DNA of 32,000 nt from Sodalis sp. Psp (GTDB lineage Bacteria > Pseudomonadota > Gammaproteobacteria > Enterobacterales > Enterobacteriaceae). The notes under the pieces are model-generated. The model ran no database searches and was not told the DNA's origin. It was given only the letters and a program-made list of their open reading frames with translations. Where the stretch lies: assembly GCA_024648745.1 (NCBI GenBank), contig JAHCVB010000002.1, positions 44,885 to 76,884 of the forward strand, written 5' to 3'. Position numbers and translations under genes: made by a program. This document shows, one piece after another, positions 23,414 through 32,000 of the stretch. How positions within the stretch are numbered: position 1 is the first letter of the stretch; every line of letters begins with the position of its first letter.

Positions 23414-23660
23414 ATGAAAAAGCTACCCAGTGTCTATAAATATGTAAGGTCTATGCCAGAGGCTACCCAATGATAATTACCAACGTCGTGAACAAGCGTG
23501 TTAGCAGGTGTTATCAACAATATAATCAACGAATAGCAGCATTAACAACTTCCATTAAGCAATCAGGTGCCAATTCCCACGTTCACTTTCCTGCCAGTTT
23601 CAATGCTCCACCGATAAAATTAACCTAACACCGACAATGACCATAACTTCGATATGCTTT
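23414..23660 (+). pseudogene. yajG: Possible yajG lipoprotein gene relic
   Basis: The plus strand reads ATG AAA AAG CTA (MKKL, cf. MFKKIL) and then LPTS*TSVLAGVINNIINE (cf. TLPQQDPSLMGVTVSINGAD), with several stops. The position between bolA and ampG matches E. coli. The similarity is weak. Confidence 0.3.
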
Positions 23661-23669
23661 GTTACGCTA

Positions 23670-24230
23670 ATGAGTTCTATTCATTCACTTTACCTCAATT
23701 GTTTCCTTAATGACTTCTCTACTGCTTCCGGCGTCCTGTAGGTCTGGGTTTAAAATCCATTGGTTTTCTCGCTGGCAGACCTGGCATACGTGTTCAATTT
23801 TTCTAATTGCCTCGGAATAGCCGATACAGATAGCTCCGGTATAACCCGCAACTGATTGGTTTCTAGAACGAAAGATTAGATCTGTCAGTTGCTCTCGTCT
23901 TCTTGTTGGCATTCGCCGAATCGGTATGTGTTCTCTTAGCTCCACCGTTGGAAGCACGTTTGGCGTGCTACCGTGAGTTCTGTTTGCGCTTTTGTTACTA
24001 TTCAAACTATTGAAGGTGGTGTCCAACGGTCACCGATAAAATAATTTCTGGATTGATGGCCACTGTGGTGCTCTGAGAGTCTATGTGCCGGCCACGGGTG
24101 CTGCGGCTTTCTTTGTGCTATTTAATTGGGCATGAGGTGCTTTATTATATTGCATCATCATTCTCACTTCACGGGTGTGACACCATTGGCAATGATGCGC
24201 AGAAACATATCTCCGACATAAGCTTAAGCG
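23670..24230 (+). pseudogene. ampG: Eroded muropeptide permease gene ampG
   Basis: Plus-strand relics lie in shifting frames. They are MSS.. at 23670, STASGVL*VWV (cf. LALTSGTLQAWM), LKSIGF + FSLADLAYVFNF (cf. LKTIGFFSLVGQAYVFKF), MCSLS..VLP (cf. FCSAS..DVLP) and ALRVYVPATG (cf. VGRVYVGPVAG, near the C-terminus). About 0.56 kb remains of an expected 1.5 kb, with in-frame stops. Confidence 0.65.
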
Positions 24231-24232
24231 TG

Positions 24233-24261
24233 TTTACAGTACTGCAACCTTCCCGTAAAAT
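24233..24261 (+). promoter_or_regulatory. Candidate sigma70 promoter for the cyo operon
   Basis: The -35 element is TTTACA (24233..24238). The spacer is 17 nt. The -10 element is TAAAAT (24256..24261). It lies about 54 nt upstream of the cyoA ATG. This is a motif match only. Confidence 0.45.
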
Positions 24262-24314
24262 ATCTATACACTTAGGATAACGACAACTTAGAGACATTTT
24301 ATTGAGATCGTTAG

Positions 24315-25247
24315 ATGAGACTTATGAAATACAGTAAAAGTTTTGGGGTTCTATCACTGTTTACCGTTGCTGAGTTACTAGGCGGTTGTAGTAATATGGT
24401 GTTAATGCATCCTAAAGGACAAGTTGGATTGGAGCAACGTTCATTAATACTGACTGCCATTGGAGTGATGTTAATCATTGTGGTACCCGCTGTCTCCATG
24501 GCGTTTATCTTCGCCATTAAATACCGCGCGTCAAATATTAAAGCTATATATAAACCTAACTGGTCCCACTCCAACAAAGTGGAACTGGTGGTGTGGATGG
24601 TACCGATCTTTATCATTATTTTCCTGGCCATGCTAACCTGGAAATCGACCTATGAGTTGGATCCTAGCAAGCCGATTGCTTCCAACGTTAAGCCTATCAC
24701 TATTGAAGTGGTTGCCCTAGACTGGAAATGGCTGTTCATTTATCCAGAGCAAGGCATCGCTACGGTGAATGAAATCGCTTTCCCGGCTAACATTCCGGTG
24801 AAGTTTATCATTACCTCCAATTCGGTAATGAATGCATTTTTTATTCCTCAACTGGGCAGCCAGATATACGCGATGGCCGGCATGAATTCTATCCTAAATC
24901 TCATCGCCAACGATCCGGGTAGCTATAAAGGAATGTCATCAAACTTTAGCGGCCCGGGGTTCTCCGGTATGAAATTCACAGCCATCGCCACGCCAAATCA
25001 GGCCGGATTCGACGCGTGGGTACAGAAAGTTAAAGCTGCACAAGATACGCTTGATACCATGGATGCTTATGAGCAGCTAGCGGTGCCGAGTGAGTATCAT
25101 CCGGTCAAGTATTTCTCCAGAGTTAAATCTGAACTGTTCCAGAATGTGATTAGCAAATTTATGAACAAGGGGAAGAAGCATTCCCCTCAGGGCAAGTGGA
25201 TAGACATAAACATGAGTGAGCACTCTCACTCAGGTAGCAGGGAATAA
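24315..25247 (+). CDS. cyoA: Cytochrome bo3 ubiquinol oxidase subunit II
   Basis: This is a 310-aa ORF. It starts MRLMKYSKS and has the lipobox [21 protein letters not shown] and [15 protein letters not shown] are colinear with E. coli CyoA. Confidence 0.95.
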   Translation: MRLMKYSKSFGVLSLFTVAELLGGCSNMVLMHPKGQVGLEQRSLILTAIGVMLIIVVPAVSMAFIFAIKYRASNIKAIYKPNWSHSNKVELVVWMVPIFIIIFLAMLTWKSTYELDPSKPIASNVKPITIEVVALDWKWLFIYPEQGIATVNEIAFPANIPVKFIITSNSVMNAFFIPQLGSQIYAMAGMNSILNLIANDPGSYKGMSSNFSGPGFSGMKFTAIATPNQAGFDAWVQKVKAAQDTLDTMDAYEQLAVPSEYHPVKYFSRVKSELFQNVISKFMNKGKKHSPQGKWIDINMSEHSHSGSRE

Positions 25248-25250
25248 AAA

Positions 25251-27245
25251 ATGTTTGGAAAATTAACGCTTGATTCAGTTCCGTACCATGAACCGATTAT
25301 TATGATAACTATTACTGCCATTATTATGATTATCTTGGGGCTAGCCGCCGTTATTACCTATTTTGGTACATGGAAATATCTTTGGAATGAGTGGATTACC
25401 TCGGTAGACCATAAAAAAATTGGCGTCATGTATATAATCGTGGCATTCGTGATGCTGTTGCGCGGCTTCGCTGATGCCATCATGATGCGTGCGCAGCAGG
25501 CGCTGGCCTCAGCAGGAGAATCAGGATTTCTGCCACCCCACCATTACGATCAAGTGGTAACCGCTCACGGCGTTATCATGATTATTTTCATGGCGATGCC
25601 GTTCGTAGTTGGTCTGATGAATTTAGTGGTGCCACTGCAGATCGGCGCACGTGATGTAGCTTTCCCTTTCCTCAATTCCCTTAGCTTCTGGTTCTTCGTG
25701 GTCGGAGCGATTCTTATCAACCTATCCCTAGGTATAGGTGAATTTGCCCAGACTGGCTGGGCGGCTTATCCGCCACTGTCTGGCAAAGAGTACAGTCCTG
25801 GCGTCGGGGTAGATTACTGGATCTGGAGCATCCAGATAGCCGGCATCGGTACCACCCTGACCGGCGTAAACTTCTTCACCACCATTCTGCGTATGCGTGC
25901 ACCAGGAATGCCGATGATGAAAATGCCGGTCTTTACCTGGGCCGCGCTATGCACCAATATTTTAATTATCGCTGCGTTTCCGATTCTGACCGTCACCATC
26001 GCGTTACTGACCCTAGACCGTTATCTTGGAACCCATTTCTTCACAAATGATATGGGTGGAAATGTTATGATGTATATTAATTTATTCTGGGCTTGGGGCC
26101 ACCCAGAAGTGTATATCCTAGTGCTACCTGTGTTCGGCGTATTCTCCGAAGTAGTCGCTACCTTCTCGAAAAAACGCCTGTTCGGTTACACCTCGCTGGT
26201 ATGGGCAATCATCTCAATTACCGTGCTGTCATTTTGTGTCTGGTTACACCACTTCTTCACCATGGGGTCTGGCGCTAATGTCAATGCCTTCTTCGGCATT
26301 ATGACAATGATCATCGCCATTCCGACCGGAGTGAAGATCTTCAACTGGCTATTCACGATTTATCAAGGCCGAGTAGTATTCAATTCAGCGATGCTATGGA
26401 GTATGGGATTTATCATTACCTTCCCCATCGGTGGGATGACCGGCGTACTACTAGCGGTGCCAGGCGTCGATTTCGTGCTGCATAACAGCCTATTCCTGAT
26501 CGCACACTTTCATAACGTCATTATCGGTGGCGTAGTATTCGGCTGCTTCGCTGGCATGACTTACTGGTTCTCGAAAGCCCTAGGCTTCACTCTGAATGAA
26601 ACCTGGGGCAAGTGCGCATTCTGGTTATGGATTATCGGTTTCTACGCGGCATTCATACCACTGTATGCGCTGGGATTCATGGGCATGACTCGTCGTTTAA
26701 GTCAGCAAATAGATCCGGTATTTCATCCTCTATTGATGGTCGCTGCAAGCGGAGTAGTATTAATTGCGTTAGGTATCTTGTGCCAGATAATTCAGATTAT
26801 AGTCAGCGTGCGTGATCGTGGCCGGAATCGCGACCTGACCGGCGATCCATGGGACGGCCGTACTTTAGAATGGGCAACTTCTTCTCCCCCACCGTTCTAT
26901 AATTTTGCTATTATACCGGAAATAAACAACCAGCGTGATGTATTTTGGCAGATGAAAGAAGAAGGTAGAGCGTACCAGAAACCGCAAGCATATAAGCCAA
27001 TTCATATGCCGAAAAATACCGGCGCTGGCGTGATAATTTCCACTTTTAGCCTAGTGTTTAGCTTTGCTATGATTTGGCATATTTGGTGGCTGGCAATTGT
27101 TGGTTTTACCGGCATGATTGTGACCTGGATTGTTCGTAGCTTCAATGAAGACGTGGATTATTACGTGCCGGTCGAGGAAGTTGAATGTATTGAGAATCGT
27201 CATTTTGAACAAATCAGTGAAGCAGGCATGAAGAATGTCAACTAA
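25251..27245 (+). CDS. cyoB: Cytochrome bo3 ubiquinol oxidase subunit I
   Basis: This is a 664-aa ORF (E. coli CyoB is 663 aa). It is a highly conserved haem-copper oxidase, with [14 protein letters not shown] and HHFFTMG. Confidence 0.97.
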   Translation: MFGKLTLDSVPYHEPIIMITITAIIMIILGLAAVITYFGTWKYLWNEWITSVDHKKIGVMYIIVAFVMLLRGFADAIMMRAQQALASAGESGFLPPHHYDQVVTAHGVIMIIFMAMPFVVGLMNLVVPLQIGARDVAFPFLNSLSFWFFVVGAILINLSLGIGEFAQTGWAAYPPLSGKEYSPGVGVDYWIWSIQIAGIGTTLTGVNFFTTILRMRAPGMPMMKMPVFTWAALCTNILIIAAFPILTVTIALLTLDRYLGTHFFTNDMGGNVMMYINLFWAWGHPEVYILVLPVFGVFSEVVATFSKKRLFGYTSLVWAIISITVLSFCVWLHHFFTMGSGANVNAFFGIMTMIIAIPTGVKIFNWLFTIYQGRVVFNSAMLWSMGFIITFPIGGMTGVLLAVPGVDFVLHNSLFLIAHFHNVIIGGVVFGCFAGMTYWFSKALGFTLNETWGKCAFWLWIIGFYAAFIPLYALGFMGMTRRLSQQIDPVFHPLLMVAASGVVLIALGILCQIIQIIVSVRDRGRNRDLTGDPWDGRTLEWATSSPPPFYNFAIIPEINNQRDVFWQMKEEGRAYQKPQAYKPIHMPKNTGAGVIISTFSLVFSFAMIWHIWWLAIVGFTGMIVTWIVRSFNEDVDYYVPVEEVECIENRHFEQISEAGMKNVN

Positions 27246-27849
27246 GATCCTATCCAATCATGAAATCACCCATGCTCAACATGGACATCACGATGCGAGA
27301 ACCACCGAAGTATTCGGCTTTTGGATCTATCTGATGAGCGACTGTATTTTGTTCGCTACTCTATTTGCTACCTATGTTGTATTGAGTAATAGTTCAGCGG
27401 GCGGACCAACTGGTAAAGACATCTTTGAACAGCCGTTTATACTGATCGAAACCTTCTTCCTACTATTCAGTAGTATCACGTACGGCATGGCAATCCTGGC
27501 CATGCACTGCGGCGACAAAAGGAGAGTCAACAGTTGGCTGAGTCTGACTTTTTTGTTCGGTCTAGGCTTTATATGCATGGAGCTTTACGAATTCTATCAT
27601 CTGATTGCCCAAGGCTATGGTCCCGATCGCAGCGCCTTCCTGTCTGGATTTTTTACGCTGGTAGGAACACACGGTATTCACGTGATGTCTGGACTTACTT
27701 GGATTCTGATAATGATGGTCCAAGTCTCTCATCGCGGTCTGACTTCGGTTAATCAAACTCGCCTGCAGTGCCTAAGCCTGTTCTGGCACTTCCTAGATGT
27801 GGTATGGATTTGCGTTTTTACCGTGGTGTATTTGATGGGGGCACTTTAA
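27235..27849 (+). CDS. cyoC: Cytochrome bo3 ubiquinol oxidase subunit III
   Basis: This is a 204-aa ORF, the same length as E. coli CyoC. It contains [21 protein letters not shown]. It overlaps the cyoB end by 11 nt. Confidence 0.95.
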   Translation: MSTKILSNHEITHAQHGHHDARTTEVFGFWIYLMSDCILFATLFATYVVLSNSSAGGPTGKDIFEQPFILIETFFLLFSSITYGMAILAMHCGDKRRVNSWLSLTFLFGLGFICMELYEFYHLIAQGYGPDRSAFLSGFFTLVGTHGIHVMSGLTWILIMMVQVSHRGLTSVNQTRLQCLSLFWHFLDVVWICVFTVVYLMGAL

Positions 27850-28163
27850 TGAACTCAGGAGATGCTGGCGCCAGCCATAAATCTTATTTAATTGGTTTTA
27901 TCCTCTCTATTATCCTGACGGTGATTCCTTTCGCCATAGTGATACATGGTTCCGCTAGTGAAAGCATGTTGATTACGGTGCTGGTGGTTTGCGCTGTAAT
28001 GCAGATCCTGGTCCACCTAATATATTTTCTGCATCTCAGTACGTCATCCAAGCAGCAATGGAACTTGATAGCCTTTGTTTTTACAGTGCTAATCATCGTG
28101 ATTTTGATTGTTGGCTCTTTGTGGATTATGCGACACCTTAATTACAACTTGATGGGTCATTAA
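27849..28163 (+). CDS. cyoD: Cytochrome bo3 ubiquinol oxidase subunit IV
   Basis: The start is the ATG at 27849 (TAATG overlap with the cyoC stop), giving [28 protein letters not shown]..., about 104 aa. The size and position match CyoD. The tracked ORF start at 27768 lies inside cyoC. Confidence 0.9.
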   Translation: MNSGDAGASHKSYLIGFILSIILTVIPFAIVIHGSASESMLITVLVVCAVMQILVHLIYFLHLSTSSKQQWNLIAFVFTVLIIVILIVGSLWIMRHLNYNLMGH

Positions 28164-28172
28164 TAGAACGAA

Positions 28173-29093
28173 ATGGTAAAGATTAAGCAATACTTGCAAG
28201 TAATAAAGCCAGGAATTGTTTTCGGTAATCTAATTTCTGTCATTGGAGGATTTTTACTAGCTGCAAAGGGTCAGATTGATTGTGTCCTGTTTTTCTCTAC
28301 CTTGGCTGGTGTATCGCTGGTAGTAGCTTCGGGTTGTGCACTCAATAATTACATCGATCGTGATATTGATCAAAAAATGGAAAGAACTAGAAATAGGGTC
28401 CTGGTGAAAGGATTAATCTCTCTGAGAGCTTGTCTGATTTATTCTGCGATATTGGGTACTACTGGCTTTATGTTGCTATGCTTGACAGCCAACCTACTAG
28501 TCGTGTGGTTGGCGATGGTGGGCTTTATCATTTATGTTGGCGTCTATAGCCTATACATGAAACGTAAGTCTGTCTACAGTACGTTAATCGGCAGTGTGGC
28601 GGGCGCGGCGCCGCCGGTTATTGGCTATTGCGCTGTTAGTAATCAGTTCGATACCGGAGCACTGATTCTAATGCTGATTTTCAGCCTGTGGCAAATGGCG
28701 CACTCTTATGCCATCGCTATATTCCGCTTTAAGGATTATCAGGTAGCGTTGATTCCGGTACTGCCGGTTAAACGCGGCATTTCAGTGACTAAACACCATA
28801 TTATTTTTTATATCATCGGATTTATAATGGCGACACTGATGTTGACATTAAGCGGCTACTCCGGTTACAAGTATCTGGTTGTCATTGCTTCGGTTAGCAT
28901 CTGGTGGCTAGGCATGGCATTGCGGGGCTATAAATCAACCAATGACGATCAGGTCTGGGCGCGAAGATTGTTTATTTTTTCAATTGTGGCAATTACCTTG
29001 CTAAACGTGATGATATCGGTGGATTTTATGGTATCTCCTGCCAACAGCTTGTTTACCTGGCAACCATTTGTAGTACTCCTTCGTGCCGTTTGA
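28173..29093 (+). CDS. cyoE: Protohaem IX farnesyltransferase (haem O synthase)
   Basis: This is a 306-aa [50 protein letters not shown] and FRFKDYQ are colinear with E. coli CyoE. Confidence 0.93.
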   Translation: MVKIKQYLQVIKPGIVFGNLISVIGGFLLAAKGQIDCVLFFSTLAGVSLVVASGCALNNYIDRDIDQKMERTRNRVLVKGLISLRACLIYSAILGTTGFMLLCLTANLLVVWLAMVGFIIYVGVYSLYMKRKSVYSTLIGSVAGAAPPVIGYCAVSNQFDTGALILMLIFSLWQMAHSYAIAIFRFKDYQVALIPVLPVKRGISVTKHHIIFYIIGFIMATLMLTLSGYSGYKYLVVIASVSIWWLGMALRGYKSTNDDQVWARRLFIFSIVAITLLNVMISVDFMVSPANSLFTWQPFVVLLRAV

Positions 29094-29405
29094 CGCCACC
29101 ACTGTTGCTGTATGCACTCCCCCCCCAGGCACAGTGCTGTTAAATACTATTTAACCTCAAGTGCGCTCTGACTACAGGTAAATCAAGACAACGCCATCAC
29201 GCTCTTAACTAGCACGATAATTTAAGAAAAATTAGCGCATAAACTGCCTGATCAACGGAAATCCATTTATGTCTGGCTAGAGAGTCGATGCTCGGCGAGC
29301 ACAGTTTCTGTCCAAATAGTCTGTTATTTTTTTTGCGTCACACCTGGGATAGTGCTTGGTGCAATTAGTAAATAACGCTTATCGAGCTTTTAGCATTCCA
29401 TTTCC

Positions 29406-30932
29406 TCAGTCAATGTGTTGGCGGCCGAAAATCAGCACGGAGAACCCAGTCAGCAGCTTCATCATCCATAACGGCCAGGAGCCGGCACGTGCATAAGGGG
29501 TCAATCCGCGTGTCGGGGTGACGTTGACGTTGAGTACATCACTGATAAATTGCGGCAATTGCGCCTGAGGAATCCCGTTCGCATTAATGACCGCAGTGAT
29601 GCCGTTATTAGTACTGCGCAGCAGTGGCCGACCCAACTCTAATGAACGCATGCGTGCCATCTGGAAATGTTGCCACGGGCCAATCGAATGACCAAACCAG
29701 GCATCGTTGGAAATGGTCAACAGGAAGTCGGTATCAGGATGAAAATTATCCCTCACCTGACTACCTAGAATAATTTCATAACAGATAGTGGCTGTAAGCT
29801 TCATGTCAGCCACTTGCAGTTGTGGCTGTAAATAATTGCCTTGATTCAGAGAGGGCGTCGGCAGATTAAACAGCGGTGCTAACTGCAAGCATGGCAGAGG
29901 AACCGTCTCGCCAAAGAGAACTAGATGGTGCTTGTTATAACGGTTTTCTGAGGAGTAACGGTAAGGCGTAGGTTCACCTAATACCACGATACTGTTATAG
30001 TAATTGTAGCCATTTGAAGTGGGTCGTGCATCTATGATTCCGGTTATCAGACTAGTATGTTGTAGACGTAACTGCTGATCAAGTTGTGTCAGAAAAGCGT
30101 TTTGAACTATCTCATTATCTGGTATCGCCGATTCTGGCCAGATGACTATCTGTGCCTTGCCTAAGGCAGGCAAGCTGCACTGTAGGTAAATATCAAGCGT
30201 TGGGCGGACCTGATCAGCCTCCCACTTTATCGATTGAGCGATATTACCTTGCACCAAAGCCACGTCAATAGCCCGATGCGGTTCTGGATGATACCATTGT
30301 AGCGAGCACAGCGACCAGGGTAGTAGTAGCAGTGCCAGTGCACCTAGCACTGGCAGCAGGCGCCGCTGTGCCAGCGCACACGTCATCAGGCCACTTATCA
30401 TCACTAGGAGGAAGGTGATCGCCTCTACTCCGAAGATTGGTGCGACTCCTTTTAACGGCCCATCAATCTGACTGTAGCCGAATTCTAGCCAAGGAAAGCC
30501 AGTCAGTATCCACCCACGCAAAAATTCGGTTACCGACCACAGTACCGGAGTCCCGAGTGCCAGACGCCAAAGGTCGGTATTTGGCCACAGCCGCGCCAAT
30601 AGGCCGGCGAATAACATGGGGTAAAGTGCTAGATAGGCGGCTAACAAAACGACCAATGCTACGTTGACATGGTAAGGCAATCCGCCATATTGTGAGATAC
30701 TGACGTAGACCCAGTTGATGCCAGTGCCGAACAAGCCGAGACCCCAGATAAACCCTAACAAAGCGGCCTGATTGCCACTGCAGTTGAGTGTGATTGCCAG
30801 TAGGCCAGTCAACGAGATGATAGCCGCGGGCCATATATCGTACGGGGAAAAAGCCAGAGTGCCACAGGCACCAGTCAAGAGAGCTAGCAATGCACGAAGT
30901 CTCTGACGTCTAAAAAGTGAGGCAATGGCCAT
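29406..30932 (-). CDS. lnt: Apolipoprotein N-acyltransferase
   Basis: From the ATG at 30932, [41 protein letters not shown] matches the E. coli Lnt N-terminus. The catalytic-triad contexts IWPESA, YNKHHLV and ICYEI are conserved. The 18 extra codons of the tracked ORF (to 30986) overlap the corC relic. Confidence 0.93.
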   Translation of the reverse strand: MAIASLFRRQRLRALLALLTGACGTLAFSPYDIWPAAIISLTGLLAITLNCSGNQAALLGFIWGLGLFGTGINWVYVSISQYGGLPYHVNVALVVLLAAYLALYPMLFAGLLARLWPNTDLWRLALGTPVLWSVTEFLRGWILTGFPWLEFGYSQIDGPLKGVAPIFGVEAITFLLVMISGLMTCALAQRRLLPVLGALALLLLPWSLCSLQWYHPEPHRAIDVALVQGNIAQSIKWEADQVRPTLDIYLQCSLPALGKAQIVIWPESAIPDNEIVQNAFLTQLDQQLRLQHTSLITGIIDARPTSNGYNYYNSIVVLGEPTPYRYSSENRYNKHHLVLFGETVPLPCLQLAPLFNLPTPSLNQGNYLQPQLQVADMKLTATICYEIILGSQVRDNFHPDTDFLLTISNDAWFGHSIGPWQHFQMARMRSLELGRPLLRSTNNGITAVINANGIPQAQLPQFISDVLNVNVTPTRGLTPYARAGSWPLWMMKLLTGFSVLIFGRQHID

Positions 30933-30978
30933 CGGGGATTTAATTTCTATAGTAGCTTGTGGTAAAATATTCAGGAAT

Positions 30979-31616
30979 TCACCCATTCCATTTGGGTAAT
31001 ACTATCGCGACCTTAAAATTACAACTGTTAATGTCGATCGTCTTGTCACGCATCGACAAATGACCGAAGACTTTCACGACCAAACCGCTGATGGCATCTG
31101 CTTCTTTACCTATGAAATGGATATTAAAGACCTCGTTAAATTTTTGCTAGAGTCAGAGTAAACATGGTGAAAATATATCGGTTTAATTAGTTGATGTCTT
31201 TGTCCTTACATTCATCCTTCGTCGTACCCATCTGAGATTTCTCCGACAACAGGTTCAAAGATACTTTCGATGGCCATCAAAACCGAACAGCTGAACTCGT
31301 CGATGAGGTCATATAGTAACGCTAGTCGGAATTTTTGGCATGTGGTTAACATGCTTACTCTCTGACACCATGACTATTAAACTCAAGATTTTTAATAGTC
31401 AAGAGCTCAAATTATAGCTAAGCATGAACAACAGAAAGTCTTGTTGTCCTTGAAATTCCTTCCATATGATCCTTAATCATCGCTGATGATTAGGAAGTGC
31501 GAATAAGTAGATTCGACGATAACATTAAGATGTTTTCTAGTGACTGGTTTTTTGAGTAGTGATAATTTGAAAATAGAGAACCATGATGTCACATACCTGC
31601 TACCCGGCATGTTCAT
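30979..31616 (-). pseudogene. corC: Eroded corC (ybeX) Mg/Co efflux-associated CBS-domain protein gene
   Basis: Minus-strand relics lie in different frames, with stops between them. They are LNVIVESTYSHFLIISDD* (cf. LDVIIESAHSRFPVISED), DLIDEFSCSVLMAIESIFEPVVGEISDGYDEG* (cf. [32 protein letters not shown]) and KFNEVFNIHFIGKEADAISGLVVKVFGHLSMRDKTIDINSCNFKV (cf. [46 protein letters not shown]). The N-terminal part (about 60 aa) is missing. It lies in the ybeY-ybeX-lnt slot. Confidence 0.75.
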
Positions 31617-31623
31617 AACGATT

Positions 31624-32000
31624 TTAGCATATTCCCGTTCCATTCTTTTTTAATTCCTCAAAGTAGGGATCCGGATAACCCAGTTTTTGCATAATCTCCG
31701 TTTCTAGTGCTTCCATCTCTAAAGCTTCCTCATTGAGGGTATGATCATGCCCCAGCAGATGAAGAGAACTATGGACAACCATATGCGCCCAATGTGCCTC
31801 TAGCGCTTTCTTTTGTTCACGAGCTTCGCGTTCCACCACTTGGCGGCAGATGACCAGATCACCTAGCAGGGGCAGGACTACTTCTGGCGGCGCTTCAAAG
31901 GGAAAAGATAGTACATTAGTAGGGCGATTTTTGCCACGATAGGTCATATTAAGCGCATAGCTTTCCGACTCGTCAACTAGGCGAATGGTAACCTCTGCTT
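31624..32000 (-). CDS. ybeY: Endoribonuclease YbeY (5' end beyond the window)
   Basis: The frame is open to the window edge. ..[35 protein letters not shown]...[14 protein letters not shown]...[15 protein letters not shown] is colinear with E. coli YbeY, including the HxxxHxxGxxH zinc motif. The ATG at 31947 used by the ORF track is internal. Confidence 0.9.
   Translation of the reverse strand, partial: AEVTIRLVDESESYALNMTYRGKNRPTNVLSFPFEAPPEVVLPLLGDLVICRQVVEREAREQKKALEAHWAHMVVHSSLHLLGHDHTLNEEALEMEALETEIMQKLGYPDPYFEELKKNGTGIC

Noticed and set aside
23685-24026. A 113-aa ORF on the minus strand (MDTTFNSLNSNKSANRTHG...). It is the longest ORF in the window not assigned to a known gene.
   Set aside because: It lies exactly antisense to the readable ampG relic and starts at a TTG. 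It has no recognisable SD and no motif or family resemblance that I can name. Long stop-free antisense frames are common opposite former coding sequence. It would deserve a second look only if conserved in relatives or seen in proteomics.

Overview
The window comes from a gammaproteobacterium of the Enterobacterales. Its proteins are close to E. coli orthologues, but the genome is in reductive decay, so it is probably a host-restricted symbiont (Sodalis-like is only a guess). I can support 24 intact core genes in four ancestral synteny blocks. Block A is arnD-arnA-arnC on the minus strand. Block B is gyrB-dnaN-dnaA (minus) diverging from rpmH-rnpA-yidD-yidC-mnmE (plus). Block C is hupB-lon-clpX-clpP-tig-bolA (minus) diverging from cyoABCDE (plus). 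Block D is lnt and ybeY (minus). Every long ORF-free, AT-rich gap sits where an ancestral neighbour gene is expected. Reading the gaps in all frames recovers short colinear peptide relics of arnB, yidB, yidA, recF, ppiD, yajG, ampG and corC. Some regulatory signals are still recognisable: a perfect DnaA box with a GATC cluster upstream of dnaA, near-consensus sigma70 promoters for rpmH and cyoA, an E. coli-like sigma32 promoter for lon, and a clpX terminator. I found no rRNA, tRNA, CRISPR array, IS, transposase, integrase or phage gene, and no recognisable defence, toxin or secretion module. I therefore do not claim a novel system. The signals worth following are the selective erosion pattern (arnB dead with arnCAD open, ampG lost, recF, ppiD and corC lost) and three repeat-free rearrangement junctions. 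All homology statements rest on my memory of E. coli K-12 sequences and need database confirmation.
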